Source: Octopus sinensis (taxonomy: Eukaryota). From it: a DNA stretch of 64,000 nt. The position numbers and the translations under genes are program-made. The stretch covers positions 114,018,001 through 114,082,000 of the forward strand of contig NC_043003.1 in assembly GCF_006345805.1 (NCBI RefSeq), given 5' to 3'. Below are positions 40,290-54,726 of this stretch, piece by piece. Under the pieces are notes generated by a model, which did not search any database, was not told where the DNA came from, and worked only from the letters and a program-made list of their open reading frames with translations. Within the stretch, counting starts at the first letter, position 1. Each line of letters starts with the position of its first letter.

Positions 40290-40560
40290 GAAAATGAGGA
40301 GGATTAAGGCATTTCTGCCGAAGAATCTGGCAGAACTTTTGAGAAGTTTCCTCATAAGATGCAAGACTATCAAATTAAAAAGCCGGAGGACTATATCGGA
40401 AGTTCCCAGGGCAAATGGATCGAAAGCCTGTCCTACAAACACTTCATACCAAGTTACAATATTTTCCCTATTCTATTTGCTATCCATCCATATTTTTTCG
40501 TGTTCAAGACCGAGACTTATAAAAGCACGTATTCTGGAATAGGTGTGGAAGTGGGGACAC
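40290..40560 (+). pseudogene. Possible very old LINE RT fragment
   Basis: LLRSFL..KTIKLK followed by a frameshifted GVPQG-like GAAGTTCCCAGGGC. Confidence 0.3.
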
Positions 40561-40924
40561 ACCCAGAATGATTCCAGGTTACTAATTACATGCCGAGCAC
40601 GAAGTTTACTCCTCTTTCTGAATTGAGTGGCCGAACAGCGATTTTTCGGAAAGACCTGGCTGGGTCTAGAGTTTAGCATATTCTTCCAAAACCCGATTGG
40701 TTGGATTGGTCATCCTGGATACGAGAAGCTGTAAAATTGGTGGCACCGCTTACACACTGGGGCGCGTTTGAGTTCCGATTGTGGCTGAGGTCCTGGGTTT
40801 CTTCAAATAACAGAAATATTGCTAAGAACATCTTGTTTATTATAGATAGTGGACGACTAGAAAATTACAGCACACACACACACACGCACACACACACACA
40901 CACGCACACACACACACACACACG

Positions 40925-40955
<31 letters not shown>

Positions 40956-41935
40956 ACACGTAAGTACGAACATGCACACACGTAAGCACGAACATGCACA
41001 CACAGGCATTCGTGAAATCCTAGGCTTGGTTGCTGCTGCCCTGACATGCAGCAAATCTAACGTCGGATTGTGTCATCGGGTGTGTGAACTGTGAAGTTTC
41101 AAAGAGATGAAGACTTCCAGCTGCCATTTGCCATAACCGAAAACGACGGACTGTGGACGATGGTCTTCAGTATTTATCTCAACAGTCTCCTGTGATGCTC
41201 CACAGAAGATACAAGTAGCAAATGTGTGCGGAGGGAAGAGAACCAAGGTATAAATGATCTCAACTAGCAGATCAGGCCGAAAATGTCGCTAGCAGATCAG
41301 ACCGAAAATGTCTTCTGGGAAAGAGAGTGGATGATCTGACTAAAAGACCATACCTTAACCATGTAGTTGTAAAATGGAGAAAAAGAACTGGTAGAATTTT
41401 CTGCTTTCGGAGTCTCAGTTTCGGTTCTATATAATTTACACTGAATCGCCCGACTAATCCTCCCTTTTGGGTCGTTTCTAGTTCCTTATTATTTCCTTAT
41501 TATTGTTCTTTCTGGTTATTAAGCCACCATCTTTATCTATGCACCCCGCATTCACCGCCACAAATGTTATTTCGTTCTTGTACTCTCTCCAACAAGATGC
41601 CTTATCTGGCGCATAAAAAAAAAAAAATCGAAATCGTTATTAAAATTTATTTTGTTTTCAATGGAAATTTATTGCAGGAACCGAAACAAGACTTGTTTTT
41701 GTTGATATGTTTCTTAAACATAAATCTTCATCCGCAGTTGAAGAGTTGGATACACAAATACATACACACGTACGCACACACACGCGCGCGCAAAAGCACA
41801 CAGACACACGCATACACTAATAGGTACATATACATACACTTTCGTATCGATATTTTGATTGCAACAATAATTGCTAGTTTCATATATATATACCACACAC
41901 AAACACATATACATAAACACTCACATACATACGTA

Positions 41936-41976
<41 letters not shown>

Positions 41977-41980
<4 letters not shown>

Positions 41981-42348
41981 TATGCATACATTATATATGT
42001 GTGTGTGTATCAACACCCACAAACGTACATCCTACAAAAGCACACAGGCACACACACAAACACACATGAATATCTTTCCAATAAAACCGGCCAATTATCT
42101 GTATACCGTGTATCCCAATGCAACCTGATATATATTCATTGTCATGGACAGATGTCAGACAAATAATACGTTAAACCGACAGTCTGTTTGAAATCCTAAT
42201 TGCTTCTGTATCGGAGTTTCAAAAGTTCGCTCTATAACGTTCTATTGTGCATTTAGTATTTACTGGGCAGTGTTTTTTTTTATCTCTTCAAACGAATATG
42301 CGAATATCTCCTTTCTTTGACGACATATAACATATGATATCAGATACA

Positions 42349-42379
<31 letters not shown>

Positions 42380-42772
42380 TATATATATATATATATATAT
42401 AGTATATGCATACATTATATATGTGTGTGTGTATCAACACCCACAAACGTACATCCTACAAAAGCACACAGGCACACACACAAACACACATGAATATCTT
42501 TCCAATAAAACCGGCCAATTATCTGTATACCGTGTATCCCAATGCAACCTGATATATATTCATTGTCATGGACAGATGTCAGACAAATAATACGTTAAAC
42601 CGACAGTCTGTTTGAAATCCTAATTGCTTCTGTATCGGAGTTTCAAAAGTTCGCTCTATAACGTTCTATTGTGCATTTAGTATTTACTGGGCAGTGTTTT
42701 TTTTTATCTCTTCAAACGAATATGCGAATATCTCCTTTCTTTGACGACATATAACATATGATATCAGATACA

Positions 42773-42775
<3 letters not shown>
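41977..42775. repeat. Two near-identical ~424-bp tandem copies bounded by (TG)n(TA)n
   Basis: AGTATATGCA at 41977 and 42401; unit sequence identical by eye. Confidence 0.92.
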
Positions 42776-42815
<40 letters not shown>

Positions 42816-43689
42816 TCATTTATTTATTACGATATAATATATGAAGTGGTACAGTTATGCATAATTCAGAAATAATCTCCATATACAGCTATACTTACAT
42901 AGAGAAAACATAGATTCTCCCATACATACAGACGCGATACCCACAGACGACATATTCACATCTATCTATCTATCTATCTATCTATCTACATATCTACATA
43001 TCTATCTATATATCTCTCTATATATCTATCTACATATCTATCTACATATCTATCTACATATCTATCTACATATCTATCTACCTATCTATCTACATATATT
43101 CATGCATGTGTGTGTGTGTGAATATGCAAGTATATTTACAATGAGTATCCTGAAAAGCATGATACTCATCTGCCCTTGTCTTAAATTTTAATTTTTCTTA
43201 CGTAAATTCTTGTCCTTGAATTCTTGATTTCCGTAAGGCTTTTTTTATTCTTCTTTCCAATAATTATATCCATTTCCATGAAGGCAGACGATTTAGAATA
43301 TTTAGATTTTAATTCAATTTTGACTTGGTATTAATGTTTACGTCCTTTCCGTTTCAGCCAATGAAAGTGAAGGACTTCACTCAGTGTGGGTGTGACTGTG
43401 CAGTAAAAAAGCTTCCTTCCTAAACCTATGCTCCCGGGTTCAGTTCTCTTGCGTCGTACCTTGGACAAGTATCTTCTGCTATAGTCTCCGGCTGACAAAT
43501 CCTTGGTGGTGGATTTCGTAGACGAAACCAGAAAGAAGCATGTCATATATGTGAGTGTGTGTGTGCGTGTGCGTGTGTGTGTGCGTGCGCGCGTGTGTGT
43601 GCGTGCGCGCGTGTGTGTACGCGTGTGCGCACGCATGTGTGTGAGAGTGTGCTTCTATTTTTACGTCCCATGAGTCCGTTCCTTTCAGC

Positions 43690-46600
43690 TATTTAATACT
43701 TTCCTGATTATTCTGGCAATGCTAAGGAGGCAAACGTTTTGTAACAGTTCTATTGGGCACTTTATCCCGATTTCTTTTATACTCCCTTTGATGCCTTCTG
43801 ATACTCTTCCCAAGGACCCAACAATAATTGGCACAATCTTCACCTTCTTCATTTTACGTAGCTGGGCTATTTCGTACTTCGAAAAGGGTCTTATTTATCT
43901 ATCTTTTCGCCTTCCTTCTTGGCTATTCGCGAGTCAAAGGGGCATGCAACATCAACTATATACCACATGTAGTGCACCTTGTCCACCACCACTAGGTCCT
44001 GTCCGTTATGCTCTAGCACCTGATCTGTTTGGATTGGGAAATCCTAAGGGATTTTGCTAGTCTCCGACTCTCTCTGCGGTTTGTGCTCATACCATCTCTT
44101 GCCTCTCTCTAGCCGCCACTTTTCACACAGTTTCTAATGTAGCATTTCGCTACCTGATCGTGTTGCCAAAACTTGTAGTGGTGTTGGGCAAGTCCAGGGC
44201 ATTCGTTCGTGATATGCGTAATGGTTTCCTCCACTTTTGTTCATTCTTCAGGTTGACCCTTCAATTCGTGGCCAAAGTTTGGTCTTGTGCTGCCAGTAGA
44301 GTGCCCTCAGTCTCTCTTTTTAATGTTCATCTCTTCAGCCAGTCCCACCTATTGTTTCCAACAACTTTTGGTGCCGCTGCATGGAATTGATTGTGTAGTT
44401 CCTTCTTGCTTAATTCTTCTTCATGTCCTTTTTGTGCATCTTCCTTTATTCTTTCTTTTTTCTCTGCTCTCAATACTCCCTCGTTCCTGTCACTAGCAAG
44501 GTTTCCTTACTTTGGGATAGGTATCTCATTAAGATCTCGAGTTCGATTCGCACGCAGTCTCCCACACTTATCAGTCCCCTTCCTCCATTTGATCGCTTAA
44601 TGTACAGGTAATCAATGTCTGCACGTGGATGATGGGCTCCTTGCATCGTTAGGAGCTTTCTTGACTTCCTGCCCATCTTCTTTAGCTCCTCGTCTGTCCA
44701 CTTCAGGATTCCAGCGCCATACCGAACTAATGCGCACGAGTTTATTGCCGAAATAATACTTCTGGCATTCGGCTTTGAAGCCACATATTCTGCTGTTACT
44801 TGTTATGTTTCTTTTAATTATGTTTTTGGTAATTTCTGGTGGGGAGGCTTTGGTCTTGTGAAGCAATTAAAAATCCTTCAGTCTCTGCTTTGTGTCCTCA
44901 GCTTCTCAACCAATGCTGGGATTTTGCTCTCTCTATTTCTTTTGCATTTAGTTTAGCCCAGTATTTGCCATGAAGGGGCGTTTCTTGCCATCGTTTTATT
45001 ATGATCCGTTGCTGTTCCAGTTTTAGTTTGGATTTTATTTGCTTTACAGCTTTTGTTTTTTCTGTTATTTCTTCATAGTTGTTCGGTAGTATGACTTCAT
45101 GTTTGTATTTGTCAGTTTCCTTAAAGACCGAAAACGGTTTTCTGTTTTGTGGCTGTTTGTATTAGTTTTCCTTGCTTCTGAAGTAGGTGGTTATTTTGTA
45201 ATACTTTTCTAGCTGTATAAGGCTTCTACCATCTTCTATACGTTGTATATATAACGTTTCTATGTAAAATTTTGTGTGGTGACTCCTCAATCCTGTCATT
45301 ATTTTTCTTGTTTTCATGTCTATTTTGGTTAGTTTATCCGGGGTATTCGAGTGGTTCCAAGCAGTGCTTCTTTCTGCAAGTGTTCCACCCTTATTGCAGC
45401 CCCTATTTTTTCCATATACTTCTCAAAACTTTTACTCACTGTTCCCAGAGATCCGACAATTATTGGTACTACTACCACATTTTCATCGACCACAAGTGCT
45501 TAACCTCCTAAGCTAACCTGTCATATCTATCGACTTTTCTTTGTTCCTTATCACATACCTCTTTGTCAGCTGGACATGTTATATCTATGATCCAGCATAG
45601 TTTGTTTTCTTTCTCAATTAAGACTATGTCTAGCTTCCGATTCTCTATCACTTGGTCGCAATGAATCATAAAATCTCATAGGATCTTTGCATTATCATTT
45701 TCGTTGATGCCTTCGGGTTTATGTTCGTACCACTTTTTGCTCTGTCAAGTCCATACTTGTTGCAAAGTGTCCAATGGAAATCCTTGCTATCCCTAATATT
45801 AACAGCCTTTTCGTCTGCAGGGTTGTAGGCCACAGCATTGATTTGTTTGCTCCATCTACGCCGGATTTGCTGGTCCCTAACTGAATAAAGATAGGCTTGA
45901 GGCGGACCAGTATCTCTGAGCCTGGCGGAGGCAACACTATCACCATCAAGGGCTTTAGTTTCATTACCACCGTTATTCAATATCTTGATTGTCACTCATA
46001 TCAGGTAGCAATCATCAGGTTGCGCAATTACCAGTGTTTTTATTGTGACACCATCACTAGACGTATCATCAATCAGGACATGGGGAGATCCGACCGCTTC
46101 CTTTCGTCATTATTATTATTATTATTTTCTTACTGCTCTAACTTTATCCCATAATCTTTGTTCCGTGAGTGGAAACAATTCTCTTTCTCTCCATCGATCA
46201 TACATATGTTGTCAGTATGATTATTATTATTATCATTGCCTTTGCACAGCTTCTAACGCTGGAAATATCCTACAGTGTCAGCTGTTCACTACCAGTGAAC
46301 TAAGGTGACACCCCTTCCGGAGTATTCGTGCGATTCCAAGTAGTGCTGTTTTCAGCAAGTGCTCCACCCTTATTGCAGCCCTATTTGTTCCATGTATTTC
46401 TCGAGATTTTTGCTCACTGTTCCCAGGTCTCCGACAATTTTTGGTACAACTACTACCTTTTTCATCGACCACAACTGCTTTACCTCCCAAGCTAACCTGT
46501 CATATCTCTCGACTTTTCTTTCTTCCTTATCGCATACCCTGTTGTCAGCTGGGCATGCTATGTCTATGCTCCAGCATAGTTTGTTTTCTTTCTCAATTAA

Positions 46601-47520
46601 GACTATATCTGGCTTCCTTTTCTCTATCACATGGTCGCACTGAATCATAAAATCTCATAGGATCTTTGCATTTCCATTTTCTACGATGCCCTCTGGTTTG
46701 TGGTCGTACCAATATTTGCTCTGTCAAGTCCATACATGTTACAAAGTATCCAATGGACAAACGTGGCTATATTGTCGTGGCGTCTCTTATATTCCTTCTG
46801 GGCTAGTGGTGTACATTGGCTGGTAATATGCCATACGGTTTCACCGTTTTCTCCACAGATTCTGCACTTACAACTTTCTGCTGTGTTGTCTATTCTGTAT
46901 TTTATGAGGTTTGCTCTTGAGCAGCACAGATTAGCGCCTCCGTTTGATTTTGCATCTCTTCAAGACTAATAAGCCACACTTACTCAGTCCGAACTCCATT
47001 CTCATATCAGCACTGAAGGTTTACACCGTATCAATGCGGGAACTGACTGACCTGGGATTCATCTTTACCATAAAGTTTGAGGTCATCCATGAATAACAAA
47101 TGGTTGACTTTCTGTTGGCGGTTCTTGAATACATACCCAGCTTCTGCTTTCCTCAATGTTAGTGGTATCAAGCACAGTACAAAAATCAGTGGAGACAGGC
47201 AGTCCTCTTGGAAGATGCCCCTCCTAATTTCTACTGTCCCAAAACATCTTCCGCATGCTGTCAGATCCGTCCTCCAATTCGCCATACTTTTTCCAAGCAA
47301 TCGCTTAACATTCTATGCAATACCAAATAGGTTCATACATTCCATAATCCAAGAATGTGGGATCATATCGTACGCCTTACGATAATCGATCCATGACATG
47401 ACTATGTTAGTTTTCCTCCTCTTGCAGTCTCTGAGTACAGTTTTGTTGATCAAGAGTTGATCCTTGTTACCTCTACACTGAAGCTTGCAACCCTTCTGCT
47501 CCATTTTTTCCAGGTGCTCG
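43690..47520 (-). mobile_element. Mosaic of several R4/Dong-clade LINE fragments (RT, thumb and at least three RLE-domain copies)
   Basis: [87 protein letters not shown]. Confidence 0.92.
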
Positions 47521-48739
47521 TAATTGACGGTGAGTATTCAGTCAATATCATCATCATCATCATCTGCAGCAGCTATCCTATTATCTAAGCCTGGGGATTA
47601 CGATTGAGCTGTGAAACATACTTGGCAATTATATTCATAAATAATCCAGTAATCCATTGTTTCTCTGTAGTAATCAAACGTTTGAATTAGAAGAGATTTC
47701 GTAGTTTTTACTCCAGAATATGTGGGCAATATTATAATAAGTATGTTTTGGACTGAAAATTGCGCATTATGATAACTTTATACTTATAATTTAGTCATAT
47801 CAACTTTGAAAAAAAAAATATATGAAAAGAGAAGGAAATGAAAGAAACAGAAACAAACAAACAAAAAAAATCTTGGAAGATAATAAATGTTGTGATTGAT
47901 AAGTTTTTAGATATATGATCGATTAGGGAGATGTTCTTGTGTTTAATAGGAAGAGATGAAAGAAAGAAAAGAAGGAAAGAGTGAAAGAGATAAAACCAAC
48001 AACTCTAGCCGTGACTGATAACATAATAACATAATTAAGGATGAGAAAAGAATTATTTTGAACATTGGCACAAGATGATAAATTTCGTTGAAGAGCCGAG
48101 TCGATTAGATCGTGACCAAATACTTGACTGGTATTGAGTTTAGGTGGTGGTGGTGGTGGTGGGTCGATGAATGAAGGAGCTGGCCTTTGCTAGGTCTGAG
48201 CTCTTAAACATAATGAAACATAATACAATGAGATTTAACGATGCTACCATCTACCACTCTCTTGATATTATTGATTTACAATATTGGCACGAAACTTCAT
48301 ACAGGGACTAAGGACAATTTTCGATTAAATCGGCTCCAGATTGATTTCTGAAATAGGTACAAGGTTATGTATTTTTAAATGAGGAAATATCGATTAGTCA
48401 TTGAATAGAGTTTATGACTGGTATTTACTTGATCAAACTCTTGATACGTGAAAGCTATTTAATTAAATAAAGCAATGTGATTAATTGACCCTAAGTTATC
48501 CGCCAGTTTCGTGATTCTGTCATTCATCCCCTATGTAATAATAAAAAAATTAATAATGATCATAATAATAACACAACAACAACAGTAGAATTAGTATTAC
48601 TGCTACAACTACTAGTGTGTGCAGTAAGCTAGCGCAAAAAGAGTGTGAGTACAAGCATGACTGCATTGGAATGTTAGCCGAATGTGTGGCTTGGAAATAA
48701 CAGGAATGTAGTATCAACACGACGAACCAGAGGCACTGA

Positions 48740-49130
48740 CAGAGATCGAGGACTAAAGCAAGTTACTGGACTTGCCCATAACATCTGACCATTAAAGCAA
48801 AGAAACCAGATATGGTTATAGAGGACAACATATACAGTGTAAGAGCATGGAGACACCAGAGCCGATGCCACAGAAAATGAGAAAGAAAAAAATGTGAGAA
48901 ATATCAGGATCTAATCAGAGAACTGAAGACTGTGGTAATTGTTGCACTTGGCACAACAGCCAAAATGCTACGCAAAAGACTGAAAGAGATTGGGATTGAA
49001 ACTCGCATTGGCGACCAGCAGAAAAATACCGTCTCATATTCTGCAAGAATCTTAAGAGAGTTTCTTGAGATATGATGTGACTTGTTGCGACTGGACTTCA
49101 AAGTAGCATTCCTACTTCTTCAATTAACAA
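48740..49130 (+). mobile_element. R4/Dong-like LINE 3' fragment
   Basis: KTVVIVALGTTAKMLRKRLKEIGIE..QKNTVSYSARILREFLE. Confidence 0.7.
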
Positions 49131-49479
49131 GTTCTAGCTTGATGACAATAATTAATTTATTTATAGGCTAATTCACAAATAAAGAATTCGAAGGTATACA
49201 TACAAGCTAAAACATGTGAGGATACGGAAGAGACGTTTTGTTAAAACGAGGGAAGGGTTAAACGATGTTATGCAATGAATACCGTAACAATTGAATAATT
49301 TAATATCAGTTAAAATAAATACATGCTTACATTAAACATGCAATCATTAAAACAAAGAATAACGCAAATTAGGCAGCGGACCTTCTGATAAATCCCCATC
49401 AGCATCAGATCAGAGTCTTACCAATCAATCCTTCTCTTCTTCCTCCGGTAATGTAGTTCACGTAATTGACCATTTCAAA

Positions 49480-50640
49480 AACGCCCGTTAGCCATCATGG
49501 GTCGTGGCAAGGAGTGAAGAAGCTTGTCTTTGTAATGGTTTAAGTAAAATTCTTTGTAGCATTGACTTATGTTTTGATATAATCTCTTCATAAAATGGAT
49601 ATATATCTCTAACAGGGTCCACGAATTCAGAATCCTTTTCCTCGTAAGTTTTTATTGAATTTTTCAAGAGATAGTCAAGTGGATTATTTATATCTTCCAC
49701 CAGTTCCACGTGAAGGGACCGAATTCCATTTCAATAGTCTGTATAACTGCCCGCTTTCTATCTCTTCCTTGTTACAAGACGATGAGGCGGCGCTACTGGT
49801 TTTGACCGAAAGAAGATATCTTTTGACATTCAAGTGAGATCTTCGAACCGAGGTTGAGACGATCTCTTTCGTCAATTGCTCTTGGATAAAATATATTTAT
49901 TCCTTCTCGAGCCATAAGGGCCGGTTTCCCGGTTTCAGTGGCGTAGAAGTTCCCCACCTGGACGGGACGCCGGTCCGTCGCAGGATTACTCAGTTTTGTC
50001 AGCTGAGTGGACTGGAGCAACGTGAAATGAAGTGCTTTGCTCAAGAACACAACGCATCACCCGGTCCAGGAATCGAAACCACAACCTTACGATCATGACT
50101 TCAACACCATAACCACTAAACCACGCACCTCCACAATTGCTCTTAGAGGTGCTCTATTAACATTAGACTTCTAGATCTGTTGTTGTTTGATTTCCACATA
50201 GTTTCTCCAGCTCTTTTGGGTTACCCTTATTACTACATGTATAGCAGCTAGGGCTTTCTGCTTTCAACGACCAACTGGATAGCATCTTCCCCAACACTGC
50301 TACAGAACACAATTCTTGGTTCTTTTGATGAGTTTTATGAAATCACACCGATTTGTATTTTCATAGTTATGTCAGCCCTAACCATCTACTCATATTGCCT
50401 CAAGAAAATATTTATGACCCACGGGTCAACGTCGTCTCCAATGACTTCTGTTGTCACCCTCGGAATTCTTCATCTCAAATACTGTGGGATTTGCTTATCA
50501 CGAGTCTTAGCTACACTTACTGAGCTAGCTTCTTCATCTAAAAGTTTTGTACCCAACTATAACATGTATGGAAACACCAACCACCTAAGCGAATTCAATC
50601 TATGACAGAACTCAAACGAATGAAGATCTGTCTGTGTCCA
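49480..50640 (-). pseudogene. Possible LINE ORF1 (L1/Tx1-like) remnant split by a SINE
   Basis: Long near-open frame IPRVTTEVIGDDVDPWVINIFLRQY...PSCYTCSNKGN (CCHC-like). Confidence 0.4.
49884..50133 (-). mobile_element. tRNA-headed SINE with V-domain-like core, 11-bp TSD
   Basis: CCTGCGACGGACCGGCGTCCCGTCCAGG resembles the V-SINE central domain; CAATTGCTCTT at 49873-49883 and 50134-50144. Confidence 0.8.
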
Positions 50641-50944
50641 TTACCGCCTCAATATCAGTAGTAACAGCAGCTGTTGCATCTTCTTCTTCTTCTTCTTCTT
50701 CTTCTAATCAGGAATCACGCCATTAGTCACAAAGAATAATTTCTAATTCGAGCCTACTCTAAGCTACTAAGAATGTGTGTCGCAACTTGAAGATCCACCC
50801 ACCACACGCGATAAACTGGCGGTTGCACGGGCGCGAAAGCTACGTTGTTATCCTCATTCCGTAAACGGTGGCTTTTAACGGGTGGAGAGCTGAACTATCT
50901 TGGGGTACAGAGAATTCGCAATCTAGTCTAGGGTCTGAAAGTTA

Positions 50945-51171
50945 CCACACTATAGTGGGTTACACCATGGTTCCTCTGCTTTGTGGCAGAAGTAAGAAGA
51001 GTGAGAGAAAGTTGTGGTGAAAGAGTACAGCGAGGTTCCCCCCACCGCCGTAGCCTCGTGGAGCTTAGGCGTTTTTGTTCAATAAAAACTCGCAATGCCC
51101 GGTCTGGGAAACGAAACCGCATTCTTACGACCGCGAGTTCGCTGCCCTAACCACTGGGCCATTGCGCCTCC
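50945..51171 (-). mobile_element. SINE family C, partial
   Basis: Matches the head and body of 10296-10685. Confidence 0.85.
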
Positions 51172-51480
51172 ACGCAGCTGTAGCCGTAACCCAGGTGCAT
51201 ATGAAAGTTTTTTTCTCTGTGTAAAGATATGGACCCATTAAGTTTATTGAAGAGTAAATTTTTTTTAAATGCTTGTAGATGGCAGTATAGTTTCTGCTCG
51301 TAATTTTACACCATTTAATTACTTTTTCCAATGATATTTGTATCAAGACGTCTTGAGTTCGTTCTGAAAAGTATCCTATTAATGATAAATAGCATCTAGG
51401 CTTTGTCCACTTCTGAACACTATTATATCCGATGACAGTTTTGGATATACATTTTCTTATTTTGTTTAATAAGGAATAAT

Positions 51481-51545
<65 letters not shown>

Positions 51546-51706
51546 GTAATATCCAAGGATCAAGGTGTAGGGAGAAAGTGAGTTTCAAGCAATCCGTAGA
51601 AAATATTTAAAAGACACTTCAGGAACACTAGTAGTTTATTGGGGCTGAGGGTTGTGAATTTTTCCCGTATCGAAATATGATAAGCTGGAAAAATTACCGT
51701 ATATTT

Positions 51707-51740
51707 ATGTTAAAAACTGCCGTTCAAACCGAAAACATCC
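51707..51740 (+). mobile_element. Solo right TIR of the MITE family
   Basis: TATGTTAAAAACTGCCGTTCAAACCGAAAACATCC. Confidence 0.8.
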
Positions 51741-52677
51741 GTAATTTGTTCAAATTCTAGCAATTCTAGATCAATATTCTTAAATTCGCCAGGACTGAAA
51801 TTTTCGCGTAGTTTTATTTTTCTTTTAATTATCGCTTTTCGTCTTTGATATGGCAGGAAATGGTGAAGGCTTTAATCTGATCAGTCGGTATATACCTTAT
51901 GTTTGTATATGTTTTGGTGTTTGGTTTACAAGAAACAGTACTCGAAGTTTGAGACGTATCTGAAAATTCTTCGCATTGCGCTGTCTTTAAATCGAGTTAA
52001 AATCAGTTTTGAAACTAAAGACTTCAGCTGAAGATTCTTTGCTAGAAACATAATGGCAGTCCTTCCCGTTTTCTCCGTAATTTTCTTAAGATTCACAGCA
52101 TTGGATATATATTTATGGAAAGATTTAGTGTCTTGTTTTGACTAGTAGTGTATGTTAGGTTTAAACTGGAATAAATCGATCTTTCGTCTCCTGTTTTTCC
52201 TTGAAATAGTTTTAGGCAAACAATATAACACATCCAAGAACAATAATAATAGAGGGCAGCAGTGAACGCTTAATTTGATCGAACGTTTGAAGGACGTCGT
52301 CCGAATAAAGAGGAAATTGTCAGTCGTCTTCGGTAAGAATTGAACTCAGAACTTATTCGCCAGAAACTGAATACGGCCAATCGTTGAGTTAGAAACTCCG
52401 TATCTTGTGTCAGCCCATCACTCTATAAACTATAAAGACTACTGTCACGTGATTGAAGCGGTCACCTTGGTGACCAGAAGCAGTAAGCTTACAGTGAAAT
52501 GATGGATGGCTTTTTATTTTTATTTTTTTCTCGTTTTCTCATTTATTTCCTCAAGATACGCTATCCATCTTAATTGAATACAGATTTACAGACACTTCCT
52601 ATTAAACACTCCTTCTCTCTGCCTGTTTGTCGGTCTATCTGTCTGCCTGTATGACTGTCTGTCAGTTTGTCTAGCCG

Positions 52678-52708
<31 letters not shown>

Positions 52709-52804
52709 ATTATCTATTCCAGCTTTCCAGCATTTCCCATTCTCACTCTCTGTAACTGTGTGTATACACGTCCACACACACACACACACCACACACACAC
52801 ACAG

Positions 52805-52839
<35 letters not shown>

Positions 52840-53299
52840 CACACACACACACAGATATACACACATGTAAACACACACATACACACATGTACGACAATAA
52901 GAAATGGATTCAGCAAACCTCAACAGTATTTACCGAAGAGAGACAATTGAAATGAGGAACACCACCAAGCTGCCTCGTAGTCTAAAACATACACACACAA
53001 ATACATACATACATACATCAACATCTATCTATCCCTCTCTATTTTCTCTCTCTCTCTCTATATATATATATATACACATATTTATAATTATATATATGTG
53101 TATATACAGATATATATATATATATATATATATATCAATATATGTATACATATTTATATATATGTATGTATAAATATATGTAATGTATTTGTGTGTGTAT
53201 GCTTAGATAAACTTAGATATGTTTCGACCAAAGATTGGTCCAGGCCATGTCTAACTTAATAGCACTACCTAATAGGATGATCTAAATTCTTTTAAAATC

Positions 53300-53460
53300 A
53301 AGTCTTGTGGTATCATGGTCTATTCAACTAGTGGTCCATTCAAGTTGAGTGAGTTGTATCGCGGTATGGGTGGCTTATCTCGTATCTCTTGAAGAAATCT
53401 GTCCAGATTCCCCTTAAAGCTGATGGGGTCCTTTTCCTCTTTGATCTGTTTTGGGACAAA
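53300..53460 (-). mobile_element. CR1-like LINE extreme 3' fragment
   Basis: IKEEKDPISFKGNLDRFLQEIRDKPP. Confidence 0.75.
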
Positions 53461-54458
53461 GATAAATAGGGGAGGGCCTGTTGCTACATGGCAGTGAAAC
53501 ATGGGCCGTGACTGCTGAGGACATGCGTAAGCTCGCAAGGAATGAAGCCAGTATGCTCCGATGGATGTGTAATGTCAGTGTGCATACACGGCAGAGTGTA
53601 AGCACCCTGAGAGAAAAGCTGGACATAAGAAGCATCAGATGTGGTGTGCAAGAGAGACGACTGCGCTGGTGTGGTCATGTGGCGAGAATGGATGAGAATA
53701 GCGGTGTGAAAAAGTGTCATATACTAGCGGTTGAGGGAACCTGTGGAAGAGGTAGACCCAGGAAGACCTGGGATGAGGTGCTGAAGCATGACGTTAGAAC
53801 ATTAGGCCTCACCGAGGCAATGACTAGTAACCATGACCTTTGGAAATGTGCTGTACTTGAGAAGACCCGGCAAGCTAAGTGAAACCATAACCTCGTGGCC
53901 TACGCCAAAGTGTAACCAGCCCACTTATGCGTACCTTTCCTTCATTGGACACTAAACTCTGTTTGCGAAGACCTGTTAAGTGAAATCGAAATCAAATTCG
54001 ATGACTGGCATCCATGCTAGTGGAGCGCTAAGAGCACCATCCAAGTGTGATTGTTGCCAGAGCAGCTGACTGGCTTCCGTGCCGGTGGCACGTAAAAGGC
54101 ACCATTCGAGTGTGATCGTTACCAGCATCGCCTTACTGGCACTTGTGCCGGTGGCATGTGAAAAACATTCGAGCGAGGTCATTGCCAGTGCCACTAGACT
54201 GACTCCTGTGCAGGTAGCGCATAAAAAATACCATTTGAACGTGCCCGTTGCCAGTACCGTCTGACTGGCCCTCGTGCCGGTGGCACGTAAAAGCACCCAC
54301 TACACTATCGGAGTGGTTGGCGTTAGGAAGGGCATCCAGCTGTAGAAACTCTGCCAGATCAGATTGGAGCCTGGTGCAGCCATTTGGTTCGCCAGTCCTC
54401 AGTCAAATCGTCCAACCCATGCCAGCATGGAAAGCGGACGTTAAGGGATGATGATGAT
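53460..54458 (+). mobile_element. 5'-truncated RTE LINE with 3' UTR and (GAT)n tail
   Basis: MLHGSETW, EASMLRWMC, QERRLRWCGHVARM, RGRPRKTW; ends ACGTTAAGGGATGATGATGAT. Confidence 0.93.
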
Positions 54459-54505
54459 ATATAGGCATATGTGTATAAATATATGTATGTATATGTATAC
54501 ATATA

Positions 54506-54660
54506 AAGTATTAGCAGAAGCTCAGGGAAGGAAGGAAAGATGGTTTACCGTTTCGAGCAACGCTCTTCTTCAAAAACAGAGGAAAGTCTTATAGAAAGGA
54601 AGACAGAGGAAGAAGATCGCCAACGATTCGCGTGTGGTTGCATTTTGAAAAAAAAACAAT
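54506..54660 (-). mobile_element. Diverged family E element with hammerhead remnant (54543-54577)
   Basis: GTTT TTGAAGA A GAGC GTT GCTC GAAA C GGT AAAC on the minus strand. Confidence 0.65.
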
Positions 54661-54695
54661 GTATATAATATGTGTGTGTGTGTGTGTGTGGTGTG

Positions 54696-54726
<31 letters not shown>

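Noticed and set aside
51125-51556. 143-aa minus ORF extending beyond the (TA)n tract
   Set aside because: Starts in a microsatellite, no recognisable motif, no splice support
52020-52060. CTGAAGA...GAAAC hammerhead-like spacing
   Set aside because: No stem II or stem I pairing
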